From an uncultured delta proteobacterium (lineage in GTDB: Bacteria; Myxococcota_A; Polyangia; Polyangiales; Polyangiaceae), in NCBI GenBank assembly GCA_963782055.1, contig CAWAIF010000003.1:4416001-4480000 (forward strand): DNA of 64,000 nt, written 5' to 3'. Position 1 is the first letter of the stretch. Every line of letters starts with the position of its first letter. The translations under genes were made by a program, and so were the position numbers. Shown here one piece after another: positions 61,468 through 64,000 of this stretch. The notes below the pieces were generated by a model that saw nothing but the letters and a program-made list of their open reading frames with translations, was not told the DNA's origin and searched no databases.

Positions 61468-62546
61468 CTTTCCTGAAACTCGCCGCGCGCAGGTCGATCA
61501 CCGTCGACTGAACGCTACCGCGCCGTGCCGAGGTCGAATTGCGGGAAGGACGGCCGCGGGGCGTCCAGGGCCGAGACCATCGACTGGAAGTCCACGTCTG
61601 GGGTCGCCGATACGCTGATAGAGCTTCCTCAAGCTCTGCAACGTCGATCCTTGCGTCCGTCGCGAGCCAGAAGACCGGTGACGGCAGACTCCGATGGAGC
61701 GGCTCGTGCCGGCAGAGCGCGTCGAGGAGTACATAGGCGCGATACCAGGGCTGTTCAGTCGGGTGTTCGAAGCTCCGGCAATCCGTCGTCGGTAGTTCGC
61801 CGAGCGCTAGCAGCGCGAGCCGGAGGACCCGACGCGCGTCGAGCCCGGCGCTCGCCTCCATGTCGACGTCGAGGTGGTCGGCCGCCCACGCGTGGGGTCG
61901 TGTCACGAGCCCCTGCGTGAACCTGGCGTAGGCCTCCGCCAGCGTGACGCCGTCGCTCACCTCCCACGCATCACCGACCTCCTCGGCGAGGACGTCCGGA
62001 ATGTCCAAGATGGCCGACCATACCACCCGGCGTGCACGCCCACCGCGCGCGATGGTCGCACGACCGACCTCCGTGCCAGCATCACGGGTCCCGCGGGCAT
62101 CCCGCGGGGGCGCCCACGAAGATGCATACGGCCGAGGCTCGCCAACGCTGGCGCCATGATCGTCCCACCGCCGGGGAACGAACACGACCGCGCGACCGTA
62201 TGCGTGCGCACCTGGTACGAGGAACAGAGCCCTTGAGCGCACCCTACCGAGCCCCAGCCCCGCCCGGGCCGCCGAGAAAGCGCGGTCATGAGCTGACCGT
62301 GTTGCTCGGTGCGGCGGGGACGCTGGTGTGGTTGGGGGTTCTCGCGGTGGTGTTCACCGCGGTCGGGTTCGTGGCGATGATCCTGGCGTACGCGATGATG
62401 CACGCCCCACCGCACTCGGGGCCGCCCGGGTACGGGGGCGACGCCGGTGTGGCGAGCGTCGACGCGGCGAGCGACTGAGGGCGCCGTACGCGATCAATCT
62501 GGCAGCGCATCGTCGGAAGAAACCGCCGCGTGACGCGGCACGGAAC

Positions 62547-62592
62547 TCTTATGCGAAGTGGGGGCCGTCCGGTCTCACTGGAAGGACGGACC
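62547..62592 (-). repeat. Partial 100-bp unit (left half to XerC-like arm), reverse
   Basis: Reverse complement GGTCCGTCC...ACTTCGCATAAGA then foreign sequence. Confidence 0.88.
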
Positions 62593-62669
62593 CCTTGCCG
62601 CGTCGCGCGAGAGGTGCGACCGTCGCAAGCTCGGGGCGCCACGACGCCGCCAGGAGCTTCGGAAAAACA

Positions 62670-63725
62670 ATGACTTCGCCGTCCCGTCGCCCGCTCGCCG
62701 CCCTGATGCTCGCCGTCGCCGCCGGTGGCGGGCTCGGCTGGGCATGCGACGGAGACGACGCCTCCGGGGACGGCGGCCCGGACGTGGCTACTCCGGACGC
62801 TACCTCGCCCGAGGCCGGTCCCGACGGGGCCGACGCCTCCGACGCCTCCGACGCCTCCGCGGGCTGCGACACCACGGCGCCGTTCGGCGCGCCGGTCCTG
62901 GTGAGCGAGCTCGTGGGTGCGGGCTCCGAGGTCGGCGCGCGCCTGTCGGCCGACGGTCTCACCGTCTACTTCGCGAGCAACCGCGCCCTCGGCGACGCCG
63001 GGTCGTCCGGCTTCTTCACGTTCGACAGCCCGTTTGCCGTCTACCGGGCCACGCGGACCGCCGTCGACCAGGCCTTCGGGACGCCGATCCTCGCCGACGA
63101 CCTCGACGGCGACGCGGGCGACGCGTACGCGTCCCTGCCGCTCGGCGGTCTCACGGTGTACTTCGCGTCGCGGCGCGACGTCTCCGGCGCCGTCCGTCTC
63201 TTCTCCGCCGCGCGCGCCGCCACGAACGACCCGTTCGGGGCGGCGAGCGAGATCCCGGGGGTTTCGTCCGGGCCGCTGTCCGACGATCAGCCGTACGTGA
63301 CGCCCGACGAGTCGGCGCTCTACTTCAGCTCGGCGCGCGTGAGCGACGCCGGCATCAGCGGCTTCCACGTGTATCGTTCGGCGATCGACGCGGGCGTGGT
63401 CGGTTCGCCCGTGCTCGTTCCCGTCCGCACCAACGACGCCGGGCTGGCGGTCGTCTCGTTCTCTCCGGTGGTCAGCGCCGACGACCTCACTCTCTACTTC
63501 GCGTCGCCGGCGGCGGGGGCCGGCGAGCACGACATCTGGCGGGCCACGCGCGCGAGCGCGTCGGATCCGTTCTCCAGCCCCACGCCGGTATCGGAGCTGA
63601 ACACGAGCTCGTTCGAGGCGCCGTCGTACCTCACGGCGGACGGCTGCGCGCTCTACCTTTACAGCAACCGCATGGGTGGAGCCGCCCAGTTCCACATCTA
63701 CCGCTCGAGCAAGCCCCCGAAGTGA
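62670..63725 (+). CDS. PD40/TolB-like beta-propeller lipoprotein
   Basis: Lipobox WAC; SADGLTVYFAS, ATRASASDPF. Confidence 0.8.
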   Translation: MTSPSRRPLAALMLAVAAGGGLGWACDGDDASGDGGPDVATPDATSPEAGPDGADASDASDASAGCDTTAPFGAPVLVSELVGAGSEVGARLSADGLTVYFASNRALGDAGSSGFFTFDSPFAVYRATRTAVDQAFGTPILADDLDGDAGDAYASLPLGGLTVYFASRRDVSGAVRLFSAARAATNDPFGAASEIPGVSSGPLSDDQPYVTPDESALYFSSARVSDAGISGFHVYRSAIDAGVVGSPVLVPVRTNDAGLAVVSFSPVVSADDLTLYFASPAAGAGEHDIWRATRASASDPFSSPTPVSELNTSSFEAPSYLTADGCALYLYSNRMGGAAQFHIYRSSKPPK

Positions 63726-64000
63726 GCTCGGCGCGGCCGCTGCCGCGCGCGTGGAGTATGTGGGCCACGGCTTTCGAGCTCACGGTGAACGTCCTCCGCC
63801 GATCGCGCCAGCATTCCCATGCGCCGCGCGGGCCTCGAGAAGGTGGCGGCCTGGTCACGACGGTCGAGGAGGTCCTGCGCGTGACCGTCTGAGACCCCTC
63901 GCCCCTTCCCCGTGATCGCGCGCGACGCGCTTCGCGATGCGCGCCACGTGGTCCATCACGAAGCGCACCGACTCGTCGTCGTCGAGCGCGCTCCGCCAGA

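Noticed and set aside
63780..63892. GspE/PilB-like C-terminus (TTVEEVLRVTV)
   Set aside because: Isolated short motif with no supporting upstream domain

Overview
High-GC window, probably from a myxobacterium (Polyangiaceae-like; inferred from a MYXO-CTERM tail and many Cys-rich 'DAG' lipoproteins). The first ~4 kb is an ordinary kdp potassium-uptake locus (porin, kdpF, small peptide, kdpA, start of kdpC). The rest is a mosaic of gene fragments, lipoproteins, Rhs pieces and nested mobile elements: 2 IS1380, IS256, 2 IS66, IS4 carrying a group II intron in its terminal repeat, IS21/ISL3/IS91 remnants, and 2 tyrosine-recombinase elements. The main signal is an exactly 100-bp non-coding unit at about 18 sites: 9 intact direct copies, 2 split by insertions, 1 right half, 1 diverged reverse copy and 5 partials. 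It contains a 28-bp dif/Xer-like site (ACTTCGCATAA-6 bp-TTYCGTAAACT) between two hairpin arms. Its ends cut unrelated genes mid-frame at a GCC-like micro-homology, and it occurs once as an empty head-to-tail dimer. A tyrosine recombinase + IS91-type HUH element sits at the XerC-arm/spacer boundary of one copy and supplies its own XerC-like arm. My working model (inference) is a mobile dif-like site that captures arbitrary DNA and builds a cassette array. Mis-assembly through the repeat must be excluded with long reads.
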